A stretch of 63,156 bases of DNA, counting the filler, from Nemertoderma westbladi (lineage: Eukaryota; Animalia; Xenacoelomorpha), in NCBI GenBank assembly GCA_032718475.1. It is 3 parts of 3 records of this genome, joined end to end, with 100 filler letters (N's around TTAATTAATTAA, not from the genome) between each part and the next. Parts side by side here need not be neighbours in the genome. Positions count along the whole stretch, not along the records: positions 1 to 24,833 come from JAUCBJ010001805.1; 2 more parts are not named here. One strand, 5' to 3'. Positions 11,176 through 23,000 of this stretch are shown here, one piece after another (the stretch's first letter is position 1; the number at the start of each line of letters is the position of its first letter). Made by a program: the position numbers and the translations under genes. Below the pieces are notes generated by a model that ran no database searches, had not been told where the DNA came from, and was given only the letters and a program-made list of their open reading frames with translations.

Positions 11176-11457
11176 AGTTGTTCCTTCTCTCAGTAGTTTG
11201 ACCTTCATTACATGACCTACTTTGCATTAAGAATATGTGCCGCCCAGTGAAAAATGCTTAATTAAAAGAGGCTATGCAATAATTGGACTACGTAATATAC
11301 GATCCAAGTTATTTCAAATAGTATATTCTTAACATTAATTAATTAAATAATAAATTTATTATCAATAGTTAAATTTCATTAATTAAGAATTGAAATTACA
11401 GTATTGATATATCTTTCTCTTGGGAAGTGGAACGGGTACATTATAGTCATTTATGAG

Positions 11458-11611
11458 TGGATGCAAGGCAGAGATGCACCCTGGTTAGTGGCTAGACCCT
11501 TTAAATTATTCGTGACGAAACCAAAACTACCCTGCACCCCAATGAGGGATCGAACCCAAGACCTCCGATGAGAATTAAAGGCAAAGGATTTAGCCACCAA
11601 GCCACTACACC
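11458..11611 (-). mobile_element. tRNA-derived SINE
   Basis: Minus strand reads GGTGTAGTGGCTTGGTGG (A-box-like)...GGGTTCGATCCC (B-box), followed by a body shared with the 8700 copy. Confidence 0.65.
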
Positions 11612-13147
11612 AAGGTGTAGCAACTACACAGTGGCACTTTATTGTGTCCGTGAAAGGTTTCAACGCGTCGAGTAATCTGATTTCCATTTCGAATATAAAC
11701 AGAGATCGCTTTGCACTTTCGGAGAGTTGTCATTATCATACTGTAGTACGAGAAGTGGACCCTCTTAGATACAAAGTGCAACCTTACGAAAGGTTTCCCA
11801 TTGCCATAATAACTATGTTTTTATTAATCAGGGTATTTATTTAAATTTAGCCTGTACGTTTTTAATATTCTTATAGCAACGAATCAATCAAACCTGAATC
11901 TCACTAATTCGATTCTAAAATTGTCCTTTACGTGGATCAAGTTATATCTACATGCAGGTTGACACAGCACATTTCCTTAGATTTCCTTAGAGGTTTTATA
12001 CAGTTTCCGTAGCAACAAATTTAATCATTATTGTTAGCGTTAGAATATGTAGTACGAAAAAATTCATCCGCGTGAAATATCGATTTATATTTTTTGTAAT
12101 TAAACAACTATAAATTCCCTATAAATATTTTTGATTTTCATCTCCATACAGTATAACATGGGTTCGCGAACCACAGAGACTGTTAGTTCTAGATTTAAAG
12201 TTACAGAAAATGTAGGACGAAATATTCATCCGCATGATATGTCGATTTATAATACCGGTAATTACCAGAATTGTATGCGTTTATACTGTATATTAATATA
12301 CTAGTTAAACATAGGTATTCAACCGGTAGGCCTACCGGTACCGGTACTTTTATAATATTAAATTAAGTTTATTTCTGTTAGTCAGGTACCCGTAGTTCTA
12401 ATTGTTTTTGACCAAAATTAGTCAATAGTAGGCCTACAGGTCTAACAGTGCGTAAAGGGCAATAAACTGAATGGCCGTGGGCCAGGCTTCAATCAAACTG
12501 CAGATATATGGAAACTGAAAGTAATTTAAGTAGCCCTTCTCATCAACATTATTCATTCGTAACATCATTCAGGATATCCTACAGTATGTATTAGGCCTAC
12601 CTGTACCGGTAACATAGAAAACTAAATGCAGAGTTATGCAAATGAAACTGAAATTAATTTAAGTAGTAATTCACTCTCTGACTGTCCAATCAGCCATTAA
12701 CAGATTCATGATATAGGCACTAGTGTACCGGTAGCCCGTGTCACCATTATTAAGCTCTTTTTAATAGCTGTTTTGGGCTGTTTTTGGTTATTGATTTATG
12801 TTCTGGAACATATTGTGGACTCATTACATGTTAAATTGTCTTTGATGGTAGCTAGTGTTTTTATATAGTACCGGTACCGGTAGCTAATTTTAAAAAACAA
12901 AATCAAAAAAAAAATCGTAGGCTTACCTTTACCGGTATTTTTTTTAATTAATGTTATTTGCGTTGTATGCATGGTAACATAATTTTCTAGAATTCTATAG
13001 TATTTAAATATTTAGCTAATATTATGAGTCACACTATTATTCTTAAATAGGCTTTTGAATAAGTTTACATTGGCTTTCTTTTGATATATTGTATTATTTT
13101 GTATTATTTTTATATTCATATTTTATATTATAACCCGAACGTTCAAG

Positions 13148-13238
13148 ATGCCACGCAAGAGAAAGAACACTTGTGGTAATTGTGGTGACGCGTCTCACAA
13201 TAAACGGACGTGCCCACTGAGAGAATTAGAAGGTGGAG
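13148..13238 (+). CDS. Predicted exon 1: MPRKRK NLS-like motif + CCHC zinc knuckle
   Basis: ATG at 13148 gives MPRKRKNTCGNCGDASHNKRTCPLRELEGG (C-x2-C-x4-H-x4-C), ending at a canonical donor GAG|GTAAGT in phase 1. Too short for the ORF track. Confidence 0.7.
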
Positions 13239-13978
13239 GTAAGTTGTGTTGAAGTGGTTTTGATGAACACATTACCAGGTATCATATTTTAATAAATACA
13301 GTAGGCAGAAATAATACGATGATGCTGGCCGTACCTGAGAAGAACTACAGTATAATTTCAGCAATGGATTTCTTGTTAAAAGGCAATTATTTTCTTGTTT
13401 CATCAAGATAAGACATATGCTGCACATGTACCATAGGCCTAAAATACTGTATATCTGTGAAACTACTTTATAGGTACAACTACATAATTACACCCAGTTG
13501 TCGAATAAATGTAGAAGTGGCTTCTGACCTGACAGGAGGACCCATTGACCGGACCCTCTAAATACCATATTGAAGCTTTATATTTTATTTATGTTGTACT
13601 TGTGTATTATTGACCGGACCCTTATTACCACAAAGAAGTAACCTGCATAATCTTGTAACATGTGTTAACATTCGTTTATTGTTTTGGTTCCCCCACCAAC
13701 ACGCATCTGTAACCTGCTCATTTTCTAACCTTGTCCTTTACATGGCAATGGATCCGTTCAATTGAGCAATGGGTCTCGTAAATAGACTTTGTTAATAAAT
13801 GTTTTTGTAAGCGCAGTTAATAAATTATTATAGTACCGGTATACTGTATGGAGCTGGAACTACCGTATGTATTATTGTTACAGTTAATTTCATCTGCTGA
13901 CTTTGTACGACCTACGGACTTTAATTAAACAACCAAGTAATAATTGCTGAAAGAAATATCATTATTATTTATTTGCAG

Positions 13979-15118
13979 ACAACAACGGCCACCTGGATCA
14001 ATCTCTCCTGTCCCTCGATCCATCTGTGGACGCAGGAGTTTTCAACATTGATCCACCCCAGGACGCAGGACCTACCATCACGGCCTGCGATGACGATGTT
14101 GATATGACATCGCAGACGGACGCCACCATCCCACCTGGCGCTAGGAATATTATCGCCCCACCGATTGTCTCCCAGGCCATTGACGCCCCAGCCCTTGTGC
14201 CTGTCCCTGCCCTTGTCCAGATCATTTCCCCTCCTGACCCAGCCCCTGACCCAGCCCTTGTCCCAGCCCCTGCCCTTATTCCTACCCCAGCCCGTGTTCC
14301 TGTCCCAAACCCAGTCCCTGCCCTTGTCCAGATCTTTGCCCCTCCTGACCCAGCCCTTGTCCCAGCCCCTGCCCTTATTCCTACCCCAGCCCTTGCGCCT
14401 GTCCCAGACCCAGTCCCTGCCCTTGTCCAGATCCTTGCCCCTCCTGACCCAGCCCTTGTCCCTGCCCCTGCCCTTATTCCTACCCCAGCCCGTGTTCCTG
14501 TCCCAGACCCAGTCCCTGCCCTTGTCCAGATCTTTGCCCCTCCTGACCCAGCCCTTGTCCCTGCCCCTGCCCTTATTCCTACCCCAGCCCTTGCGCCTGT
14601 CCCAGACCCAGTCCCTGCCCTTGTCCAGATCATTGCCCCTCCTGACCCAGCCCTTGTCCCTGCCCTTATTCCTACCCCAGCCCTTGTGCCTGTCCCAGAT
14701 CCAGTCCCTGCCCTTGTCCAGATCCTTGCCCCTCCTGACCCAGCCCTTGTCCCTGCCCTTATTCCTACCCCAGCCCTTGTGCCTGTCCCAGATCCAGTCC
14801 CTGCCCTTGTCCAGATCATTGCCCCTCCTGACCCAGCCCTTGTCCCTGCCCTTATTCCTACCCCAGCCCTTGTGCCTGTCCCAGATCCAGTCCCTGCCCT
14901 TGTCCAGATCCTTGCCCCTCCTGACCCAGCCCTTGTCCTAGCCCCTGCCCTTATTCCTACCCCAGCCCTTGTTCCTGACCCAGACCCAGTCCCTGCCCTT
15001 GTCCCTGGCCCTGCCCTTGTCCCGATCCTTGCCCCTCCTGACCCAGCCCCTATCCCGGTCCTTGTCCCCGCTCCAACTCCTGCCCTTGCCCGGCCGTCTG
15101 CTTCCAACCATGCTGAGG
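13979..15118 (+). CDS. Predicted exon 2: Pro/Ala/Val-rich coding tandem repeat
   Basis: Acceptor tttgcag|AC, donor GAGG|GTGAGT, 1140 nt (multiple of 3). Contains about seven in-frame repeats of PDPVPALVQILAPPDPALVPAPALIPTPAL. Confidence 0.7.
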
Positions 15119-15435
15119 GTGAGTTATGTTATTTTGTAACAACTGTATCTCTAGTTCTGTGGTATGTAAACATTATAAAAACAACGTAACATTACAATGC
15201 GTTTTACAGGGCTACCTACAACTGTTCACTCTTGCTAAGTTATTATAACCAAATAAATAAATATAATAAATGCTTGGTTGCTCTGTACCAAACAACTGAA
15301 CTGATTACATTAAATGCAGTAGGTATCTTACAGTACAGTACTAACTTATACTTTATATACAGTAGAGTTTATAACCAACTAATAATTCAATATAATGCAA
15401 TGATTACGTAATATTATTATAATTATTATTTGCAG

Positions 15436-15657
15436 AACATATCGATCGTCTAGTCGACTTTCTACTGTCCCTGAATCCATCTCAGGACTTTGACGCACCT
15501 ATTCCCGCTGGCGCTGAGGAAAATATCGCGCCACCTATCGCCGCCTCCCCTAACGTAGTAGACCCTGTCCCCATCCCTGTCCCGGACCCTGTCCCCATCC
15601 CTGTCCCGGAACCCGCCCCCGTCCCCGCACGACCGACTGCTTCCGACCACGACGAGG
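15436..15657 (+). CDS. Predicted exon 3 (HIDRLVDFLLSLNPSQD + Pro-rich)
   Basis: Acceptor tttgcag|AA, donor GAGG|GTGAGT, 222 nt, open frame, paralogous to exons 2, 4 and 5. Confidence 0.7.
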
Positions 15658-15840
15658 GTGAGTTATTAAGTGCTTCTATAATACTATATCTCTTATTATT
15701 TATTATAATTTTTTACATTCTGTATCTTCAACATAATAATAATAATACCAAATAAAATTAACAACAAAATTGTTTGGTACTTAAACTGTATTATACTGAG
15801 TACAATGATTACTGTTACGGTATATTATTATTATTTGCAG

Positions 15841-15954
15841 GACATATCGATCGTCTAGTCGAGTTTATCCTGTCCCTGAATCCATCTCAGGACGTTGCCG
15901 ACCCCGTCCCTGTCCCTGTCCCTGCCCGGCCACCTACTTTCGACCAGGATCAGG
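15841..15954 (+). CDS. Predicted exon 4 (HIDRLVEFILSLNPSQD + Pro-rich)
   Basis: Acceptor tttgcag|GA, donor CAGG|GTGAGT, 114 nt, near-copy of the start of exon 3. Confidence 0.7.
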
Positions 15955-16477
15955 GTGAGTAGGTCTAATGTATAATCATGAATCAGTAATGACTTACATA
16001 CTAAAGGTACGAGCTGCATGAAAGCTGCATTCTACCTACTACACTTAGTAGGCACACGTTTTTATAATTATTTTATTATTTTTAAGGATTTTACAATAAA
16101 AGTATTCTAGAACAATCTTTTATGATATTAATATATTTATTTTTCTATATACTCTATCACGGTATAATTTTAGACATTCTGCCATATTACTGATAAATAT
16201 TTTAAGTTCATTTTATATCCAATTTAATTAATAATACAAAATTTGTTGAAAGTTTCTGTTTAATAAATATTATCGACCCAACTCATCCCCAAATAATTAT
16301 CAATATCCATTTTATATATATTTTAATTTCTGTATTATACTGGTTGTCATCTACATCTGCACTGATTACATTCAGAAACATTACAGACTACATTTTAACT
16401 ATCCGCCCCCGCCCTATTCGATTTATTCTACAGAGTTGATGACAAACTAATTATTGAATATTATGATTATTTTGCAG

Positions 16478-16756
16478 ACCACATAAACAACCTCATCCAG
16501 TTTTTACGGTCCCGGAGTCCATCCCCGGACGTTGCCGCTCGGAACCCTCCTCGCGCTGACGGAGTTATCGCGCCGCCGAATATCTCGAACCCACCTCGCG
16601 CTGACGGAGTTATCGCGCCGCCGATTCGCTCCCAGGACGTTGGAGCTCGGGACCGGATCCCACCTCGCGCTGACGGAGTTATCGCGCCGCCGAATATCTC
16701 CCGGGACGTAGGAGCTTCAACCACCGCCCGTCCGTCCGTCCCGGGAGACACTGAGT
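16478..16756 (+). CDS. Predicted exon 5 (HINNLIQFLRSRSPSPD + three PPRADGVIAPP repeats)
   Basis: Acceptor tttgcag|AC, donor GAGT|GTGAGT, 279 nt, open frame, phase-compatible with the exon at 20055. Confidence 0.65.
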
Positions 16757-17994
16757 GTGAGTGGTTGTTATTATATTATATTTTTAGAATATATTTATTT
16801 AACTTAGTACAACGCTTCTAGAATCCTTTTAATGACCGATCGAGTTCCTTTATATATTGTGTAACAAACCATTCGGATCATTAGAGAAAATCCTGTAAGT
16901 GATTTCTTTGCAAACATATTTTAGTGTTTATTTATTCAGGCAACTGAGTTTCTAAGCATTACAATGTCATACGCAGTTCGTCAGACTCTATCCGTTAAGT
17001 ACAGGCTGCTTTATTTTATTAATTAAAACAATGATATAATTTATAGCTAAAATGTTACAATTATGAAATATAATTTATCCACTTTTTTTTAACAATAACT
17101 ACAATGTTTTTTATAATACTGTAGATTTTTGGTAACTCACACAAAATCCGATTGCTCTACACACTAATCGACCTTTGGTTCCTTCACTAGTTTCTGTATA
17201 TTTTTTTTTATAATATTTGGCTATAATCCATTAATTGGTAACTGTATCTTAGTTAGGCTATTGTTTTGGTTCGAAAAGCCTGTTTCAGTAACCATGTCGC
17301 CGCCATCCGTCAATGTGCTGCCCTTCTCCTGTTGTACAGTATATTGTTTCGGTCAGAATAGTCCGACTATGAACCTTCTTTCTTTTCACTAATGATTAAC
17401 TTTATCATTTACTTTTTTATTAGAACAATTTGTCTCTAAATTCATACAGACACCCACTCCCTCCTCAACTGTATATGAACTGAATACGAATGTAATGCAT
17501 AATGTATGTTTGTGTATACACGAATCCAATAAGGACAGTAAAGTCATGTAAAGTGCTTTCCGTTTCTACTACTTTGTTCACTTTGTGATATCATGTACGC
17601 GACTATTACTACCACCCCCCCCCCCCCCCCTTTGTTATTCTATAATATTTTTATTAATTTTTTATATATTTTACTTACGGAATAAAATAGGTCGACTTAG
17701 TTAACCATTGGGGCATTAACACTTGGGGTAATGTTTCGATCGGCTCTGCGCTTCATAGAAAAATAAAGTATAGTACATATAAAACGTATAAAACGAAAAC
17801 CCTTTTAAAATTATCATATCATAGATAAAAGCCCTAAATCCTAAATATACTACATGCATTATCACAAGTAATTTTTTATCACTAAAATTAATACTAAAAT
17901 TAATAATTCTCCACTAAAATTAATCATTCTTCCACGAAAAATAATCATTAATACCTATTTTTAATTGGCATTGTGATTGAGATACCGGTACATC

Positions 17995-19535
17995 CTGTAA
18001 CCTCATCCTTTCCCCCAATTGGTAACTATATTGTTTATTGTTTTCGTTATAAAAGCCTACCTCTGTAACCTGCTCCTTTCCCCCAATTGGTAACAACACT
18101 GTTTATTGTTTTCGTTATAAAAGCCTACCTCAGTAACCTGCTCCTTTCCCCCAATTGGTAACAACATTGTTTATTGTTTTGGTTATAAAAGCCTACCTCT
18201 GTAACCTGCTCATTCCCCCAATTGGTAACAACATTGTTTATTATTTTGGTTATAAAAGCCTACCTCTGTAACCTGCTCATTCCCCCAATTGGTAACAACA
18301 CTGTTTATTGTTTTGGTTATAAAAGCCTACCTCTGTAACCTGCTCCTTTCCTCCAATTGGTAACAACATTGTTTATTATTTTGATTACAAAAGCCTACCT
18401 CTGTAACCTACTCCTTTCCCCCAATTGGTAACAACACTGTTTATTGTCTTGGTTATAAAAGCCTACCTCTGTAACCTGCTCCTTTCCCCCAATTGGTAAC
18501 AACATTGTTTATTGTTTTGGTTATAAAAGCCTACCTCTGTAACCTGCTCATTCCCCCAATTGGTAACAACATTGTTTATTATTTTGGTTATAAAATCCTA
18601 CCTCTGTAACCTGCTCATTCCCCCAATTGGTAACAACACTGTTTATTGTTTTGGTTATAAAAGCCTACCTCTGTAACCTGCTCATTCCCCCAATTGGTAA
18701 CGACACTGTTTATTGTTTTGGTTATAAAAGCCTACCTCTGTAACCTGCTCCTTTCCCCCAATTGGTTACAACATTGTTTATTATTTTGGTTACAAAAGCC
18801 CACCTATGTAACCTGCTCCTTTCCCCCAATTGGTGACTATATTGTTTATTGTTCTGGTTATAAAACCCTACCTCTATAACCTGCCCCTTCCCCCCAATTC
18901 CAATTGATAACAACACTGTTTATTGTTTTGGTTATAAAAGCCTATCTCTGTAACCTACCCCTTTCCCCCAATTGGTAACAACATTGTTTATTGTTTTGGT
19001 TATATAAGCCTACCTCTGTATCTTGCTCCTTTCCCCCAATTGATAGCGACACTGTTTATTGTTTTCGTTATAAAAGCCTACATCTATAACCTGCTCCTTT
19101 TCCCCTAATTCCAATTGATAACAACACTGTTTATTGGTTTATTGTTTTGGTTACAAAAGCCCACCTATGTAACCTGCTCCTTTCCCCCAATTGGTGACTA
19201 TATTGTTTATTGTTCTGGTTATAAAACCCTACCTCTATAACCTGCCCCTTCCCCCCAATTCCAATTGATAACAACACTGTTTATTGTTTTGGTTATAAAA
19301 GCCTATCTCTGTAACCTACCCCTTTCCCCCAATTGGTAACAACATTGTTTATTGTTTTGATTATATAAGCCTACCTCTGTAACCTGAACCTTTCCCCCAA
19401 TTGTTTACAACATTGTTTATTGTTATGGTTATAAAAGCCTACATCTATAACCTGCTCCTTTTCCCCTAATTCCAATTGATAACAACACTGTTTATTGGTT
19501 TATTGTTTTGGTTACAAAAACCTACCTTTGTAACA
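17995..19535. repeat. 68-bp intronic tandem repeat (about 22 copies)
   Basis: Unit CTCTGTAACCTGCTCCTTTCCCCCAATTGGTAACAACATTGTTTATTGTTTTGGTTATAAAAGCCTAC. Confidence 0.95.
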
Positions 19536-19557
19536 AATTGATTTAATTTGGAGGAAA

Positions 19558-19740
19558 ATGAATTAATTTTAGTTATAAGTGATTAATTTTAGTTATAAGT
19601 TATTAATTTTAGTGATATGTGATTAATTTTAGTGATAAGTGATTAATTTTAGTGATGATAAGTGATTAATTTTAGTGATAAATGATTTTTTTTAGTGATA
19701 AGTGATTAAATTTAGTGAAATGATTAAACTTAGTGAAAAT
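19558..19740. repeat. ~20-bp tandem repeat (GTGATTAATTTTAGTGATAA)n
   Basis: Directly visible; inverted copies (CACTAAAATTAAT) lie at ~17878-17945. Confidence 0.8.
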
Positions 19741-20054
19741 GAAACTATGTTATTTGCAAATTTTCTGAAGATTCCTCACATGAAGGAATAGAATAAAATT
19801 CAAGCGAGTTTTATCCATTGTTTACTATAGGCACTATTATGTACATGACAACCCCGCCCCCCATGTCACATTTATGTCTCAAATTTGTTCACCCCCCCCC
19901 CCCCCCCCGCCCATTTTGACTACGACGTCGATTATGAGTGACTCATTATTTTTGTTTTAAAATATTTAAATGATGTAATTTATTTCATTATTTTTGTTTT
20001 AAAATATTTAAATTTATGTCATTTATTTCAGGATTTAATGTTAAATTATTGCAG

Positions 20055-23000
20055 GTGAAGGACACCTCGTTTCTTTACCTCCTCATACCGGAAATAATAG
20101 TTTTCCCGAAGCGTTTCGTGAGATTCTTGGTAGAACCGGCCATATCGTTCCGACCGTTTACACGATCAGGAAGCGAACATCAGAGGAAATTCGAGACAAC
20201 CACCATCATTATCGAAACCAATTGAATATGAATGGAACCGAGTTTATTCGCATGGTGAGACAGTGTAGAGGTAGTGAACCGTATTCAATGGTCATGATTG
20301 AAGCTGTAGCTCAGGCTTTTAGGATACGAATAAATATTCATGACTCACAATTCAATCGCATAATAACGTATGGCACTAGTGAATCTGTAGTCAATATTGG
20401 AAAACTTGGAGACTCCTTCTTTTCTTTATTACCTAATTCTAGTATCATTCAAGGATCCAGTGGACTGCTATTGGAGGAACCTATGGAATTAGATATCGAA
20501 CCCCAACATGACCAACCTCCTCAGGAACCAACTAACTGTAATCGTCCACAGAAACGCGTAGAGCGCCCTTCTAAACCGGAACTTCCAAAACATCTGAAAT
20601 CAGGTCGAAACGTGGTTGCTGTCTGTGATAATTGTAAGCGAAACTCAACTATATTTTATGATCTCGATATTCATTTGCGCCCCGGTGAGTTTAAAGGAAA
20701 AAAATATGGTGCAGTTCAATTTAAACACCAGTTAACTCTTCCAATGTTGTGCACTGAATGTGCAGTATATCTATCTGATCATCGATTAGTGGGGAGTGAG
20801 TGGTGTAAGTTTATTTGGCCTAGTCTGGTGTGGTCTCTTCTACATACTGAACAAGAAAACTACCCCCTTCTTCCTGATCAAGTCTGGTCTGTATTGCCAT
20901 ACACAATTCGCGATATGTGGAAAAGTATTGTAGGATATGACGAAATATCAACCGTGTTTGTTGACAAATCTCACGAGCGCTATATCGTAGAGGCATTACT
21001 TGCGACAAAGGATCTAGGTTTTCTAAAAGAAGCAATGGAATTAGTTTCGTTTCCTGAAGTTAAGTGCCCTTTTGGATGTTGGCAATACATAGATAGCGAA
21101 TACTGTCAGGAAATGCCTATTCATCATTTTATCTCGTATATATCCGAATTCCATATTCCTAATTCTCAACCAGAATTATTGAGGTCATCGCGCCCAGACT
21201 GGCCATCAGTAGGTACCAACTATTTAGGATACTTTATTGCACCAACAGTTGTAATATCCGAGAAGAATGGTTTAAGTATACTTTATTGTAGGGAGCATAA
21301 GAACTTGAAACAATCGACCCTTTATATTCCACGCAATCCAATATCGGAACAGCATGATAATCAAGCATATGACACTCTTGCACCTTGTACTCTTACACCC
21401 AATGTTGTTAGACAGGCTCGATTTAATACGTATAATGGCTCGTCGTATGTTATTGATGCAGTGGGTGGCTACCATGGAATTTCTTCTTTCTCTCTTATTC
21501 CTAATGCAGATATAGATAATAATCCGTTTGAACAACGTTATATGGACCGTTTCCTTATATCTAGCCGTCCAGATATTCGACAAAACTTGTTAAATGATCC
21601 AAATAAAGTAGAGGAGACAACGGAATTAATCAAACAATTTAATATGAGTTCCCATAACAATAGTGACAAAATCGCAGCCTGCAAGGCCGGAGGATCTTAT
21701 ATAAACTCATCTGACGCATATGTATTATGGAAAACAAAGCATACTACTGATCAATGTGCCGTAGGGGAAGATTGTGGTATTCCACCAGAGAAGTTGTTCA
21801 TAACTATTGTTCACCCAGCTGATGAATATGGATGTCGCCCGTACATTTTAGATGGCAATACAACTGTAAATCAAGAACTGTTTGTGGCTGAAGTGCAACA
21901 TGGTCCGGAATTCCAATGGTCTCCTTCCAAGGTAATTTCATTTATAGTGATCCACTGTCGACAAGTTTATAATTACGCCATATTGAAGGCAGTCGAATCT
22001 AGAAATTCATTTGTAACAAAAGTGTTGTCATCAATTGCATGTCATGGTCATTTTAATAGCCGTACTTCAGCTACATTATCGCACTCTCTATTGAACAAAG
22101 AACTCATTGGTGTTAGGTCCATCATTAATGGTGATGTATCCCAGGCATTGTTAATTGCAAAAATATTGGATGCTCTTACTGAAAAAGTTACCATAATCTG
22201 TAATGAAAACCCTACGATTGACATAGTTCCCAATGATACTCCAACAGATAATTTAGTTGTTATTATTAAGCCAATAAACTCGCGTGTACGAGATTTTGTT
22301 TTACCCACTGAACTAAATAATAATCGCCCACTCTTGATGACTCTCTCGTCCAAAAAAGAAGAAGGTGCCTTATTTCGCTGGAAAAATACTTTGCAATGGT
22401 GGTCGGTTAAGGGTAAAGTTGTAAGGAAAGAGGTAGATTATCATATAATTTCTAACTGGCAAATTGCCATTTATGGTTCTGCAGTAGGCGATACTTTGTC
22501 GAATGATTATGTGACGCGTGCTCTTGGAGGGCAAATTAACTATAAATGTGGCAATGAACTACATAATGAATTTTTGGTTAAGGAAAGTCGTGACACCAAA
22601 CGAGTATGTTACCATCGCAGTTGTGAACGAAAGGCTATATATGGCTGTGCATCATTCAGCACTGGGCTAACTTGTGGAACAGGGATTTGCCGTCAACACT
22701 TTGGGAGTGACATCAATACCGTTACCTCGGACCCTGTGTTAATAAACTCTAATACTTTAGTACATCAAGCATTGCAAGAAGATACAGAAGATCTAAATGA
22801 TGGTATTATAGATGATATTTTACATAATGATATTAATACATCCGATAATGATAATGAAGGACTCTTAGAATATGATAATTATATTGATGGTGCCAATGCA
22901 ATATATGCTGATGAAACTCCGGATCCACTACACACACGGTCGGAATTAACTCCTATTATTAGTGCAGAAGATTATACAGGATTTGGTAGCCATATTCTTT

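Noticed and set aside
11458-11611. tRNA gene
   Set aside because: A/B boxes are present but there is no convincing cloverleaf, and a diverged second copy shares the downstream body, so it is called a SINE.
13998-15107. 369-aa Gly/Ala/Thr-rich minus-strand ORF and the 258-aa alternate-frame ORF
   Set aside because: Shadow frames of the Pro-rich repeat; only the + frame fits the splice sites.
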